Below are positions 47,205 to 58,285 of a DNA stretch of 64,000 nt, in pieces. The notes beneath the pieces are model-generated. The model worked only from the letters and a program-made list of their open reading frames with translations, was not told the origin of the DNA and did not search any database. The position numbers and the translations under genes are program-made. Position 1 is the stretch's first letter. Each line of letters opens with the position of its first letter. Source of the DNA: Sarea resinae (taxonomy: Eukaryota); the NCBI GenBank assembly GCA_026026165.1, contig JAPEUD010000061.1, positions 62,001 to 126,000 on the forward strand. The letters are read 5' to 3'.

Positions 47205-48992
47205 TCACGACTCCAGGTCGGCAGCGACTGGCGTGTCAGCATGCAGCGCCTTAGCAGCCGGTTTCTCATCGAACCGCTCGACCAGATCCTCGGGGTGCTC
47301 GACCCCAGCCAAGCCCAAGCTTTCATTGATCCGCTGCATGCGCGCGCGGTCAGCGACGGCGATGCTGCCCTCGTCGGCGCCAAAGTACACGTCGAGCTCC
47401 TCGAGCGTCTTGTTCTTCGTCTCGGGCACCAGCAGCCAGACGAAGAGGCCGCCCATGCCGCAGAAGGCGGCGAAGAAGATGTAAGTGCCGTACTTCATGC
47501 TCTTGAGCATGTCGCGCGTGGTGAGGCCGATGACGAAGTTGAACATCCAGTTGGTCGAAGCCACAATCGACACGCCGCGCGACCGCATCGAATTCGGGAA
47601 GATCTCCTGCGTCAGCACCCACGCCACGGGTCCCCACGAATACGCAAAGTTGACCGCGAACAGCCAGATGAAGACGATCGAGACCCAGCCCTGCGCTTTG
47701 TGGCCCTTCCAATCCGACTCGTAGACGCCGTCGATCGAGGCCACGATGACGTGGCAGATGCACATGCCCGCCGCGCCGAGCATCAGGAATTGCTTGCGAC
47801 CGAATTTGTCGAGGAAGAAGACGGCCGGGAGGGTGAAGATGATCTGCAGGATGCCGGTGACGCCCGTGGCTAGGAGCGTCGTCGTGACCGACGTGAAGCC
47901 GAAGCCGGCGAAGATCTGCGGCGCGTAGTACAGCACCGCGTTGATGCCCGTGAATTGCTGGAAGATCATGATCCAGCAGCCGATGCCGAGGCGCTTGATC
48001 ATGTTGGGCACGAAGAGCGACTTCCACGGCGCGAGCCGGCCACCAGACTCACGGAGTTCACGGTCCGTCTCCTCGTCAAAGGTCACCGCCGCTTTGATCT
48101 CGAGGTACTCGGCGTTCAGGAAGGGGTCGGAGGCGTCGAGGCGGCGGAGCTTGCAGAGCGACGCGATGGCGTCGGCGTCGCGGTGCTTCATCATGAGCCA
48201 GCGCGGCGAAAAGGGCAGGAAGAACATGCCGAAGAAGAGGATCCAGGCGGGGATGAGCTGGATGGCGAGGGGCACGCGCCACGAGATGGTCTTCTCGCCC
48301 GTGCAGTGGTGGTGGTGCGCCACGTAGGGGTCGAGCGCGCCGTCGTAGGCGGTATTGTTGGGATAGGCCATGGCGTGCGGTACGCCGGCGGGGTCGCAAC
48401 GGGTGCCGCCGGCGAAGTGAAGGCCGTAGTCGAGCCAGAAAGCGATGGTGGTGCCAACCGTGATGGACAACTGCTGCAGGGACACGAGGGAGCCCCGAAG
48501 CTGCGGTGGGGCGATCTCGGCTTGATACAGCGGGATGACCATGCTGAACATGCCGATTCCAATACCGCCAATGACACGGCCGGCGAACAGCATGGCCGGG
48601 TTCTGGGCGCCGACCTGGAAGCCTGTTCCGAGTGTGAAGACCAGCACGGCGACAAGCATGCTGTATTTCCTCGAGATGCTATCAGCGAGGTAGCCATTGA
48701 GCAAGGCACCCGCCCATGCACCGAGCTCAAGCGCCGACACGAGCCAGCCCTGGATGGTACTGCCCGTGAGCGAGGGGAAGTGGGCCTTGAAGTTCTCCAT
48801 GACGAGAATCGGGCCCATGACGCCCTGGTCGTAACCGTACATCATGCATCCCAGCGAGGCAAACGAGCATGTCATGAAGACGTAGGGATTCTGAAGCATG
48901 CCAAGGATACCATGCTGCTTCTCGGTGTTGGCGCGACCAACGGCAGACTGGCTGACGTCGGCGGACTTGATGACTTTCTTGACCGCGACCAT
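47205..48992 (-). CDS. MFS sugar porter (monosaccharide or sugar-acid:H+ symporter)
   Basis: Intronless, with YGYDQG, LADSISRK, YQAEIAPPQLRG, PFSPRWL, QQFTGINAVLYY, DKFGRK, SWGPVAW and PETKNKTLEE. Confidence 0.96.
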   Translation of the reverse strand: MVAVKKVIKSADVSQSAVGRANTEKQHGILGMLQNPYVFMTCSFASLGCMMYGYDQGVMGPILVMENFKAHFPSLTGSTIQGWLVSALELGAWAGALLNGYLADSISRKYSMLVAVLVFTLGTGFQVGAQNPAMLFAGRVIGGIGIGMFSMVIPLYQAEIAPPQLRGSLVSLQQLSITVGTTIAFWLDYGLHFAGGTRCDPAGVPHAMAYPNNTAYDGALDPYVAHHHHCTGEKTISWRVPLAIQLIPAWILFFGMFFLPFSPRWLMMKHRDADAIASLCKLRRLDASDPFLNAEYLEIKAAVTFDEETDRELRESGGRLAPWKSLFVPNMIKRLGIGCWIMIFQQFTGINAVLYYAPQIFAGFGFTSVTTTLLATGVTGILQIIFTLPAVFFLDKFGRKQFLMLGAAGMCICHVIVASIDGVYESDWKGHKAQGWVSIVFIWLFAVNFAYSWGPVAWVLTQEIFPNSMRSRGVSIVASTNWMFNFVIGLTTRDMLKSMKYGTYIFFAAFCGMGGLFVWLLVPETKNKTLEELDVYFGADEGSIAVADRARMQRINESLGLAGVEHPEDLVERFDEKPAAKALHADTPVAADLES

Positions 48993-50862
48993 GATGATTG
49001 AGGAGCAGCTACAAGGTGCAAAGCAATTGGAAGGCAAAAACAAATATTGCTGGGAGGAGCTTTGTGTTTATAATACACCAGTACGCACAGGCGCAACCCC
49101 ATGACCCCAGTGAGGCCGAGGAGGCCCTAAATCCCCACAGTCGGGGATAAAAAATAAGCCCCTGACAAACTCAATGAACGGTCTGCATCGTCATGCATGC
49201 AGACGCAGGATTCGACATTCCCTGTGCAGGTCGGATTTGCTGGTTCAGGCCATTCTGCTCTGGCCGCGTCCCCAACACCCGACCTCTCATTTGCCTTGTG
49301 TCCAGATCGCAAATCGATCTGATCAATCACACGACGCCGAGCAAGAAGCGGCTGAAGCGGGTCACAACCAGGGAGGTCTTGCACCAGAAGGGTAGTCACA
49401 TGTCTGGGGTCCGGGTTAGCAGGCCACGAACAAAGAGAGACTCTGCCATTGAAAGGTCGTATCCCCTCTCACGGTTACATGGACGGCGTCCAATCGCACC
49501 GAGGGCGCCGAGGACGACTTACGCCGCACCTGTAAGCGGGCAAATAGAGACGCTGAAGGCATGAAATGTGGCGTCCTTGTAATAACAACAAAGCCAGCTG
49601 TCGTAGCTCGGTCGGTCATTGGGCAATATACGGGTTCCCCCAACGGCGCCCAGCGAGCGACGGGCACGGCATCCGACCATGATGCAAGGCGACAGCTGGT
49701 GGTTGATGGTTGGTTACGCAAGATGTGAATTGACTCCGAAAGAGGCGCGCGCCGCAAGCGAGAACGGTGGCATCGCGAAGAGGGAAGCAGATGGAAGGGA
49801 TTTGGTGATTTATGGCCGGTGAGTTAGAACGCAATTCTCGAACCAAAATCAAAGGGCAAAGATCAGAGGTCGAGATCTCTTGGTCGTCGGGGTAGGATGC
49901 CGCCCAAAGCGCGATCATCGTCCGATTTCCCCACAACCCGGGGAAGTTCGTTCGGACAAGGTGATCGACAGAGTTAGAATGGCCGTCTCGCGTTCTGCCA
50001 TCCCCGCCTGAGGGATTCATGGATACTCGGTCCGAGTCCAACTTCGGTAAGGCTCAAGATAGACCCTGATTCCCCGCAACTCCACAGACCAATTGAATTG
50101 ACTCCGCTGTTGGCCTTTCGTCGACCTGCGGCATTCCATGTCAGCTTATCGAGCTTGATTAGAATCGCGCACTTTCTTGGTTCCAGAAGACGGCGTCGTT
50201 CATGCCATCTTGATGCGTGCCAATCGTCGAAGAAGAACGATTCGAGTGAAGAACACGGCATTCTCGAGCTTGTGCCGCGCGATCAAGAGAAGCCGATCAC
50301 CCCATGATGCGACACCACCGTTATCTTTCCTGCCTCAAGTGCACAGCCCACAGCTTACAGCCCACAGTGTCGAGAGAGTGATGTGTCCCGTGTGCTGTTT
50401 CCTCCATAGCGGGAGAACTCCCGGCATACTCGCATATCGAGGGCTCGACCGGATTAGATCGGATTAGATTAGATGCCGGGATCTTAGGAACTCCTTGATG
50501 ATCAACAACCCTTGGCGACGATGTCTCTTATCCGTGAGTCAACGCGAATGGGTGGAGTGGAGTGGAGTGGAGTGGAGTGGGGCGTGGTGGGGTCAAGACG
50601 CGCCGAGTGGAACTGCTGCCTACCTTACTAATCTGCTTTCACTTGATGCTTAATTGTCTATATCAACAGACTTAGAAACTCCCGTCTTATTGCCTACCGT
50701 TCTTTTTAGAATAGTATCGATAGCACGGTAGCAACATAGCTAGAGCGGACTTGATTGAATCAATCTAACACGACCACTACATCCCTCATATCCATTGCCG
50801 TTAACAAAAACGACCTCACGGAAACACATCGCCACTCGCAATCGCACGACAGAGTTGGCAGC

Positions 50863-51324
50863 ATGACGCACCAAGAAACGCAAGTGCGATACTCGAAATC
50901 TCTTCCAGACGACTACGAACTCATCGAAGGCACCCCCAGCATCCAGGAATACCTCGACCTGCGCCGCCTCTCGGGCCTCAGCCCGAAGACTGAAGCCCAG
51001 GCCACGGCTGCATTGCCAGGAGGCTGGTATGCCGTGCACGTCGTGCACACGCCGACCAACGTCGCCGTAGGCGTCGGCCGCATCATCGGCGACGGCGGAT
51101 GGTATTTTCACATCGTGGACATGGCCGTGCTGCCGGAGCATCAGCGCAAGGGGCTCGGCGACATCATCCTGAGAGCGCTGCTCAAGAAGATAAAGACGGA
51201 GGCGCCGCCGGGCGCATATATTACGTTGCTTGCCGATCCGCCCGGCAGGAAATTGTATGGCCGCCACGGGTTCACCGAGACGGCACCAGGGACGATCGGC
51301 ATGTGGATACCATGGGAGAAATAG
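50863..51324 (+). CDS. GNAT N-acetyltransferase, bacterial AttT-like
   Basis: Intronless 153 aa, with GRIIGDGGWYFHIVDMAVLPEHQRKGLG (motif A) and LYGRHGF. Confidence 0.9.
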   Translation: MTHQETQVRYSKSLPDDYELIEGTPSIQEYLDLRRLSGLSPKTEAQATAALPGGWYAVHVVHTPTNVAVGVGRIIGDGGWYFHIVDMAVLPEHQRKGLGDIILRALLKKIKTEAPPGAYITLLADPPGRKLYGRHGFTETAPGTIGMWIPWEK

Positions 51325-51552
51325 TGGTGCATTCGGGAATGGAGTTCTAGCAGGAGGGAATTGGTCTCCATTGCGGATTGCGGAGGGGCCGCCTCGCCAC
51401 AAAAGATACAACTAAACCGCGAAGAATTATCTACAAGATAGAAGCCAACGATTCACGGTGAAGTTGATCGTGGTAATCGGAGCGAATTATGAGTTCATTG
51501 TGTGCTTCTCAGCACAGGAACATCTCACGTGGCTACTGAAATGAGACAACAT

Positions 51553-53165
51553 TCATAGACTCGCTTTCCCTCTTGGTTCAAATGGCAGCAAGATGACGGA
51601 AAGCCCGGCAGCAATAAACAATGCGCCACTGACATATACCGGGGCCGACGTCTCGAGATTCGCAAACATGGCAATGATTGGTGCCACGATACCGAAAATT
51701 CGATTTGCTGACGCCGTCAACGCATTCCCCGTCCCTCGATCCTTGGTCGGGAATATCTCCGGGGTATAAGCATATAATACGGCGTACATGATGTTGCTCA
51801 TGAAATTGTAGGCACAGTTCCAGCCAAGAAGGGCGTTCGATGTAGTGGCTGTCGTGGAACAAAAGAGGAACACGCCGGTCAGGACCGTGGATACGGCCAG
51901 AGTCCCTTTGCGGCCAAAGCGCGGAACCTCGACGAGGAATCCACCGATGATACAGCCTGGCACTCCAAGTACGGCGATGATCAGGGAATTGCGGTATGTG
52001 ATATAAGTCGAGCCGTCGTGGAAATGCGCACCACGAGTTGCCTGAATATACGGTAGAAATGCGTTGTAGAGCGGAAAACCGAGGCCGATGAACGCCCAGA
52101 CGAGCATGATCAACGAAGTCGACCAAGCAAGTTTCGTCGTGGCGAAGAGTGATTTCACATGGGTGAGATTGATCTTTTCCAGCTTCCGCTGTAGAATAGC
52201 CGTAGTGTCTACCCCTTGTGTCCCTCCTTGGTTCAGCGCTTCGAGGTCCGCCAAGGTCAGCGTTGATGTTTTACCATTCCGCCTTGCCACTTCGTGTACC
52301 ACACGGACTGCTTCTTCGTCTTTGCCCCTTCCCATGAGATATTTCGGTGATTCGTAGATGGTGAAACAGAAGAATCGAACACAAAACATGATCAAGGAGA
52401 TGCCCCCCATGCAAATCATGAAATATCGCCATCCCATGTTCTTGTGTCTCGTACATACGGTGTCCTCCTGGCATGAAAGATTTCCAAGGAGCGGCCAGGC
52501 GATGAGATTAGCGACCAATTGAGCCAAGGCCCAGTCGATGGACAGAACCGTGAGAAGGAACTGGTGGGTTCCGGGGAGGAATTCAAGAAAGATAGCCGAG
52601 TCCACTGGGAGGTTTCCACCAACGCCCACCGACCAGAGTGCTGCAAATACGCCAATGGCGGCGAAATTGGGCGATCCGGCGGCAATCATTCCGAAGACGG
52701 CGGTGATACCGATGGTCAGGTTGAAGGCCCAACGTCTGCCAAAGATGTCGCATCCGAACCCCCAGAAGACGGCACCCGCGAGCAAACCGATATTCTGAGC
52801 CAGTGTGAGAAGCGGCGGCCGATGCGGAGAAAACTCATTCGTGATGGATGTAAATATCAAAGACGTGACGATGGGCCACACTGCCGTTCGTTAGCCAGGC
52901 CCAAGTAAAGACAAAGCGCGAAGACGATCATACTATTATCTCCCCACCAGCCAAACCCGACCACTATGAAGAGCTGCCACTGATATCGGCCCATGCCGAT
53001 ATCTTGGATTGCCTTGTTGAGGACCCGGGCCTTGGCCTCGTACACTGGGTCGACCGTGCCATCTGGTAGAGCGGCTAATGGGGCATCGTCGAGTATCTCG
53101 GTCGAGATGGGTTCCGCCTGGTCCTTGACCCCTTCCGAGTTGTTGAGGTCCTTTGTGTCAGCCAT
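51553..53165 (-). CDS. MFS transporter, SV2/SVOP-like
   Basis: Contains IQDIGMGRYQW, one intron at about 52934-52881, DIFGRR, GGNLPVD, ESPKYL, RFGRK and YTPEIFPTKDRGTG. Confidence 0.93.
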
Positions 53166-54119
53166 TATGGCGACCGTCGAAGATTTACGGAGGGTATAAG
53201 CAGCAGTACGAGAGGATGACAGAAGCAGATACAGCAGCAGCAGCAGCAGCACCAGCCATGGAGTCGCAAAACAGATCGGCAGAGCTCCCTTGCTTTATGA
53301 GATCAATAAGAAGCGCACATTCCCCTCGAACGGCGGCTGTTCATATCGCAGTGGCACAGACGCCAGCGTCGAAGGCGACATTTGGTTGCGTCGTGCTAAC
53401 TGCATTGCGACATTGCGACATTTCCATAGGTGTTGACGACCTTGTATCGCGCCCGCATCCCGCTGGGAATGGAATCCGACAGATCCAACATCGAGCGGTC
53501 CAGGAGCCAATCATTGAGGAAACCTGCGAAACATCACCATGCATGACTAAGCAGATCCGACATAGTATCGAAGAAGCAATTACCACCCCTCAACCATCGC
53601 ATTCCTCTTCTTTCCGATGTCGATCACCAACGATCAGATGTTGTTGAGAAAGGAGTAGGGAAGAGATGATGACGGTGTACTCCGAGTAGGGCTGACAATT
53701 TCCCCAGGTTCAATTTTATCTTCTGCTTTTGTAGTTTATTTCCTACTGCCTATTTCCTATTTTCGTTGTGCGAGGCTGCTTGCCCGCTACCGTGTGCCTT
53801 TCTTTCTTCTTTCTTCTGCCTTGGGTATCTGCCTACTTGACTTCGCCTACGTATGCATTTACCCCACAAATCATGGCCCCAGGTCCATGTATTCATTCGG
53901 CCCCCAAAAGTCCTCTCTGAATCAATGGACCAAGGTGGAGCACAGGCAATCAAATCTAATATAAGGAGGATGCTGGCGCGCGGCGATCCTGGCCTGGAAT
54001 CCATGCGCTATGTATGTGCCTGCTAATCCTCGCCGCCTCAAACTCCTCGCTCGAGCATAAAGGGATCGCCATTCCGCAGTCCTGGCAGCAAAAAAAGGTG
54101 CCCACAAGACGAAACAATC

Positions 54120-56594
54120 ATGGAGTCTCATTTGAACAGCACGGATCCATTCTTAGGTGACGGTAATCGAGACATCAGCCCCGCCGACACCAATGAGGTA
54201 TCTGGCGAACACACAGCTTTCCTAGCCCATGGACAGGCAAATAACCTTGGCCCGCACAGTATCGCTAATACTTCACTCTCATCTTCTGATCATAGTGGCC
54301 TAAAGCCGAAGGACCAGCAGCGCGTCGGAAATACTCAAGCCCTGAACTTAGCAGCACGAAAACTCGAGCGACGCAGCTTAGCGCTATGGATGGTCTCATC
54401 CTATGCGACGGTGACACTGATCTCCTGGACCCTCACCTGCGTCATTTGCTCGAAGCCAATTCAATTCAAGTCATACCGCGACCAGACGGGCCGCAACTCG
54501 CCGCAGCAATATGAAGCCAACGACCGATGGCGAAAGGCGGCTAGAACTATGAGCTCAATTGTTTCTGCTGTAACCATCCCTGTTACATCCGCTATATGCG
54601 CTAGGGCCGCTGTTGTTTACTGTCAACTAAGTCCCAGAGATAATAGGACACCTAATGTTACTATGCGGCAGACATTGGCATTAGCAGATAAAGGCTGGAC
54701 AGAGATTGGTGTCTTGGGTAGTCTAGTGAATAGCAAGAATTACCAGCGGATCGGCAGTCCGTTTCTGCTCTTTTCAGCTTCTCTATGTAGCCTCGGTATA
54801 TTTCTCTCTTGTTCAAATATGCTCAGTACCCCCGATTGACTTATCCTGGCTAGGCTTCATCATTCAGCCTCTTCAACAGGCGTTCATTGATACTTATAGT
54901 ACGAAGGCTGTTACTAATAGACTTCAACATGTGCGGCTTTGGGAATTGTTCAGTTCTATTCATAGGAACTGAGCCGGACCTTTTCCAGATTGCAACAGTC
55001 CCGCAAAAGGATGTGATCTCTGAAGTAAGGAACAAATTGATCGGAATCAATCTACAGGAGCCTCAGCCGCAACTATGGGTGGAGAATAGATCCTCGATCC
55101 AGCAAACAGTAGGGACTTACAACCTCAATGATCTATTGTCTTTGCCCCTGACTCAGGACTTTGTATCTGTTCCGCCCCCAAGCTATCAATATTTTACCTC
55201 ATTCTTTGCAGATGGTACAAGTACTGGAGTATTGCGAGAGCATGCACTGCGCATGAGTTGTTCTATATCGTGCTCGAAGCTATCCCCAAGAAGTTTTCCT
55301 TCAAAATGCCTTGAAGATCTCCCATTTACAGCAAGCCATTCGGAAAATACCGTCCATAACGACACTAGCACTGAGCAGCGAGTCGAGCATTGGGACTTCC
55401 GTCTCTGTGCGTCGGGCAACATGATCCAAACACCATGGAATCTGACTCGGGATCGTCAAGATATCATAGAAGACATTTATCTTGATTTCGTATCTTACGA
55501 GGATTCCGTTCAACCTATAGCTCCCGTAAACTTCACCATTCGATGTACTGCAACGACATCCCGAGGCTACTTCGAGCTACCAAATCATTGGAATGACAAT
55601 ATCCCGGGCGCGCTTCTCTCGAAATGGCCCAGTCCAGAAGATATTGCCAGAAATTTCAACGATCCCATGGGCTCAGACTTTAAAGAGTTCGTCTCATCCC
55701 TGCCAACCTACTTGGCTCATGCTGACAAGTGGCAGTGGCGAGAAATGGATTTTCAACAACAACGGCACAAATACGCCGTTGCCGTACGGCCCTTCACCTA
55801 GCGCTTCTTCCATGAATTATGATCTTACTCTTGGGCCACTCTTGGCATCTGCCGTTGCAATATTCGGAGACGACAGTTTTTTCGCCTCGCTCTCCGACGC
55901 TGCCAACATGGATGCCTCGAACAGCGACCTCTGTGATTTAACGCTGGAAGAACCTTTCCTAAACTTCGTGCCCGATTGGAACACTACTAACACCCCTAAT
56001 CGCTCGGACAGGAAGACCGCAGAAGGAGTGTCGACAGACAATAGCTCTCTCAACCTCTACTCTTGGCTTCAGAACTTTCAAGATCCATACAATGCCTACG
56101 CCGCTTTTGGGTCTGCACTTTACTTGACTAATCAAGCGACGCTGTCCCAGGCAGTAGAGTTTAATTCCAGCGGATATTTTCACAATTCAAGCAATGAAAT
56201 TGGCGACACGGACTACGGGCGCCCGCTCTGGACGAGTCCTGGGCAGGATGTGCAACGAATAAGCATGCCTCTCGCGGCTCTGATTTGTATCAGTATACTG
56301 ATATCCATGCAACTGGCCGGCTTATTCGCTATGGCTTTCTACACTTATCAGTCGCCGTCGTGGACCAGCTCTCTGGACGCCTTTGCAATCTTACGGCTTG
56401 GCGCCGCCCTCAGTGTGGAGATTCCACTGATCTCGAACGTGGAAGTAGATGAGATTTCTACCTTGGATGAGAAAGAAGGCTGGGTGGGAGCCACAGAGGC
56501 CGAAGAAGACCAAAAAGCGGGTACCCTTGTCGTCGGCGGACGACGCCCAGTGACGGGTAGTAGGCCATACCGGATCAGAAGGAGCCACCTTTGA
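54120..56594 (+). CDS. Uncharacterised fungal membrane protein with a large glycosylated extracellular domain, possibly frameshifted
   Basis: Three consecutive ORFs are joined by introns at 54796-54853 (or 54796-54920) and 55687-55735. It has N-terminal TM helices, TLALADKGW, RGYFELPN and a C-terminal TM followed by WTSSLDAFAILRLG. Confidence 0.7.
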
Positions 56595-57059
56595 GCGACA
56601 TCAGCCCAATTAGGGGGGTCTCTTTAGAACCGTAGCAGGCCCCTCAACCTTGGCTTGAATGACCCCATAAAGATCTGGTGTTCATTGCAGAGTCGCCTAA
56701 CAGTAGAAGTCCCAAGCTCAGAAGGGCCCGTTGACTGGGCAGGACCGAGCCGCATTCAGATCTCAACGATCCCGTTGATGCTGGCTTCACTGCCGTGGCC
56801 ACGGCTGCACTTCAACGACGCAGAGCACAGGAGCCGCTCATCTCATCACATCAGTGCACATTCTATGAAGCAAAGTGTCGGGTAACTTATCAGAATGCGT
56901 GCAACCAGGTGAACGATCACCGCTCGTCGACAGACTCTGAGATATCAGTGCGGATGTACAGAATACAGAAGGAGATTTGACTCCGAAAACAGGTGCGAAG
57001 GGTATCCACGCAATCACACATGGCAGTTGAGACAAGGTAACACGCGGTGTTTGGTACCA

Positions 57060-57340
57060 GTCCGGTCAACCTGAATAAATATAAATCTGCATCGAATAGA
57101 GACCCTAATAGCTCTAGATATATATAGTAGCTGCTTCAGAAGGATCTAGATTATGTACCAAGAAAATAAACTGAGAAGCCTTATTAGAGTATAGATAGTG
57201 AGATATAAGCCTGTCTAACTGTACTGTCTTACCTATCAATACTCTATAATACTCTAGCACTCCGCTCAGCTATCTAGGAAGGCTTTATCATACCTTAGCT
57301 CACCCTACCTCTAGCACCCCCAGGTACTCTAACTCTAGAT
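57060..57340. mobile_element. Second short TpA-rich RIP-like relic
   Basis: CTAATAGCTCTAGATATATAGTAG, CTTATTAGAGTATAGATAG and CTCTATAATACTCTAG contrast sharply with the flanking composition. Confidence 0.5.
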
Positions 57341-57820
57341 GAATGGATCCGTGATTCAGATTTGCGGTTATAGCCGCTGGGTTGTTGATTCTAATGTCCT
57401 TTTATTTCCTCTACTCTTCACGCCAGACGAACGGCCGCGCGCATGATTTGTCTGTCAAATTGATGGCCGTCCGCTCGGTCTACGCATTATAGCAATGGGC
57501 GACAGATTTCAGAACAGAGATGCAATACGATGAATCAGTTGACGGGGCTGCTGAATAGGTGAAGGAAAGGCACGCTTCAAGAGGCAGGAAGATCACAGGT
57601 CATTCGAGGGTTGATTTATCTTTTCCCGCGATACAAGATGGAGTAAACAGAAAGATTCGCTGCTATATATTTGCACATGAGGTCATGACGTTTTCATTTT
57701 TGATGCAGGATACTTGGATCTCAGAAAAGGATGTAGATATGGATGTCCCAATTATCACCATGCCTTCTCAACTTCTCCTTTGTCATCCGGCGAGCAAGCA
57801 ACCAACCAACCACCGGGCTT

Positions 57821-58285
57821 CTAGTCCGAAGTGCATTCGACGAAATCATCTCCGCTCGCTCCCGTGTGCGTGATCAAACCAGCCAGCTCATCGTTTCCAT
57901 TGAAGACGACACGATCGGCGCCGGGGCTGCCCCCGCTATAGACGTCGCCGTCGCTGAGAATGGGAAACTCGTAGTAGGGCCCCGAGACAGGAAAGTCGAA
58001 ACCCTCGTAGTCTTCGTATTGATGCGGATAGTCGTCGTCGCCGACCGTCTCTCCATCTTCGTAGTATTGGTAGCCCTGCGATTGCGCGGCATCGATGTCC
58101 GACTGCGCGTAGCAGTTAGAGCCGCACGTGTCGACGCAATTCTGGCGTCGGAGGATGACGCGCGGGGACGCGAGCACGGTGGCCACGAGCGGCGCCAGAG
58201 CGAGGAGAGTCTAGCATTCCTGTCAGTATCGGTCCCGAACGTGGATCCATTCTATCTATCGCCGCCTTACCTTGAGAGCAAGCAT
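57821..58285 (-). CDS. Secreted guanyl-specific ribonuclease (RNase T1/N1/F1 family)
   Basis: A 15-nt first exon (MLALK) and an intron at 58270-58211 complete the signal peptide. Mature part is [34 protein letters not shown] and [14 protein letters not shown], with catalytic His, Glu, Arg and His present. Confidence 0.96.

Noticed and set aside
49000..50750. Possible AraR/XlnR/GaaR/CreA sites upstream of the sugar porter
   Set aside because: Only scattered partial CGG and SYGGRG words at background-like density, so substrate cannot be inferred.
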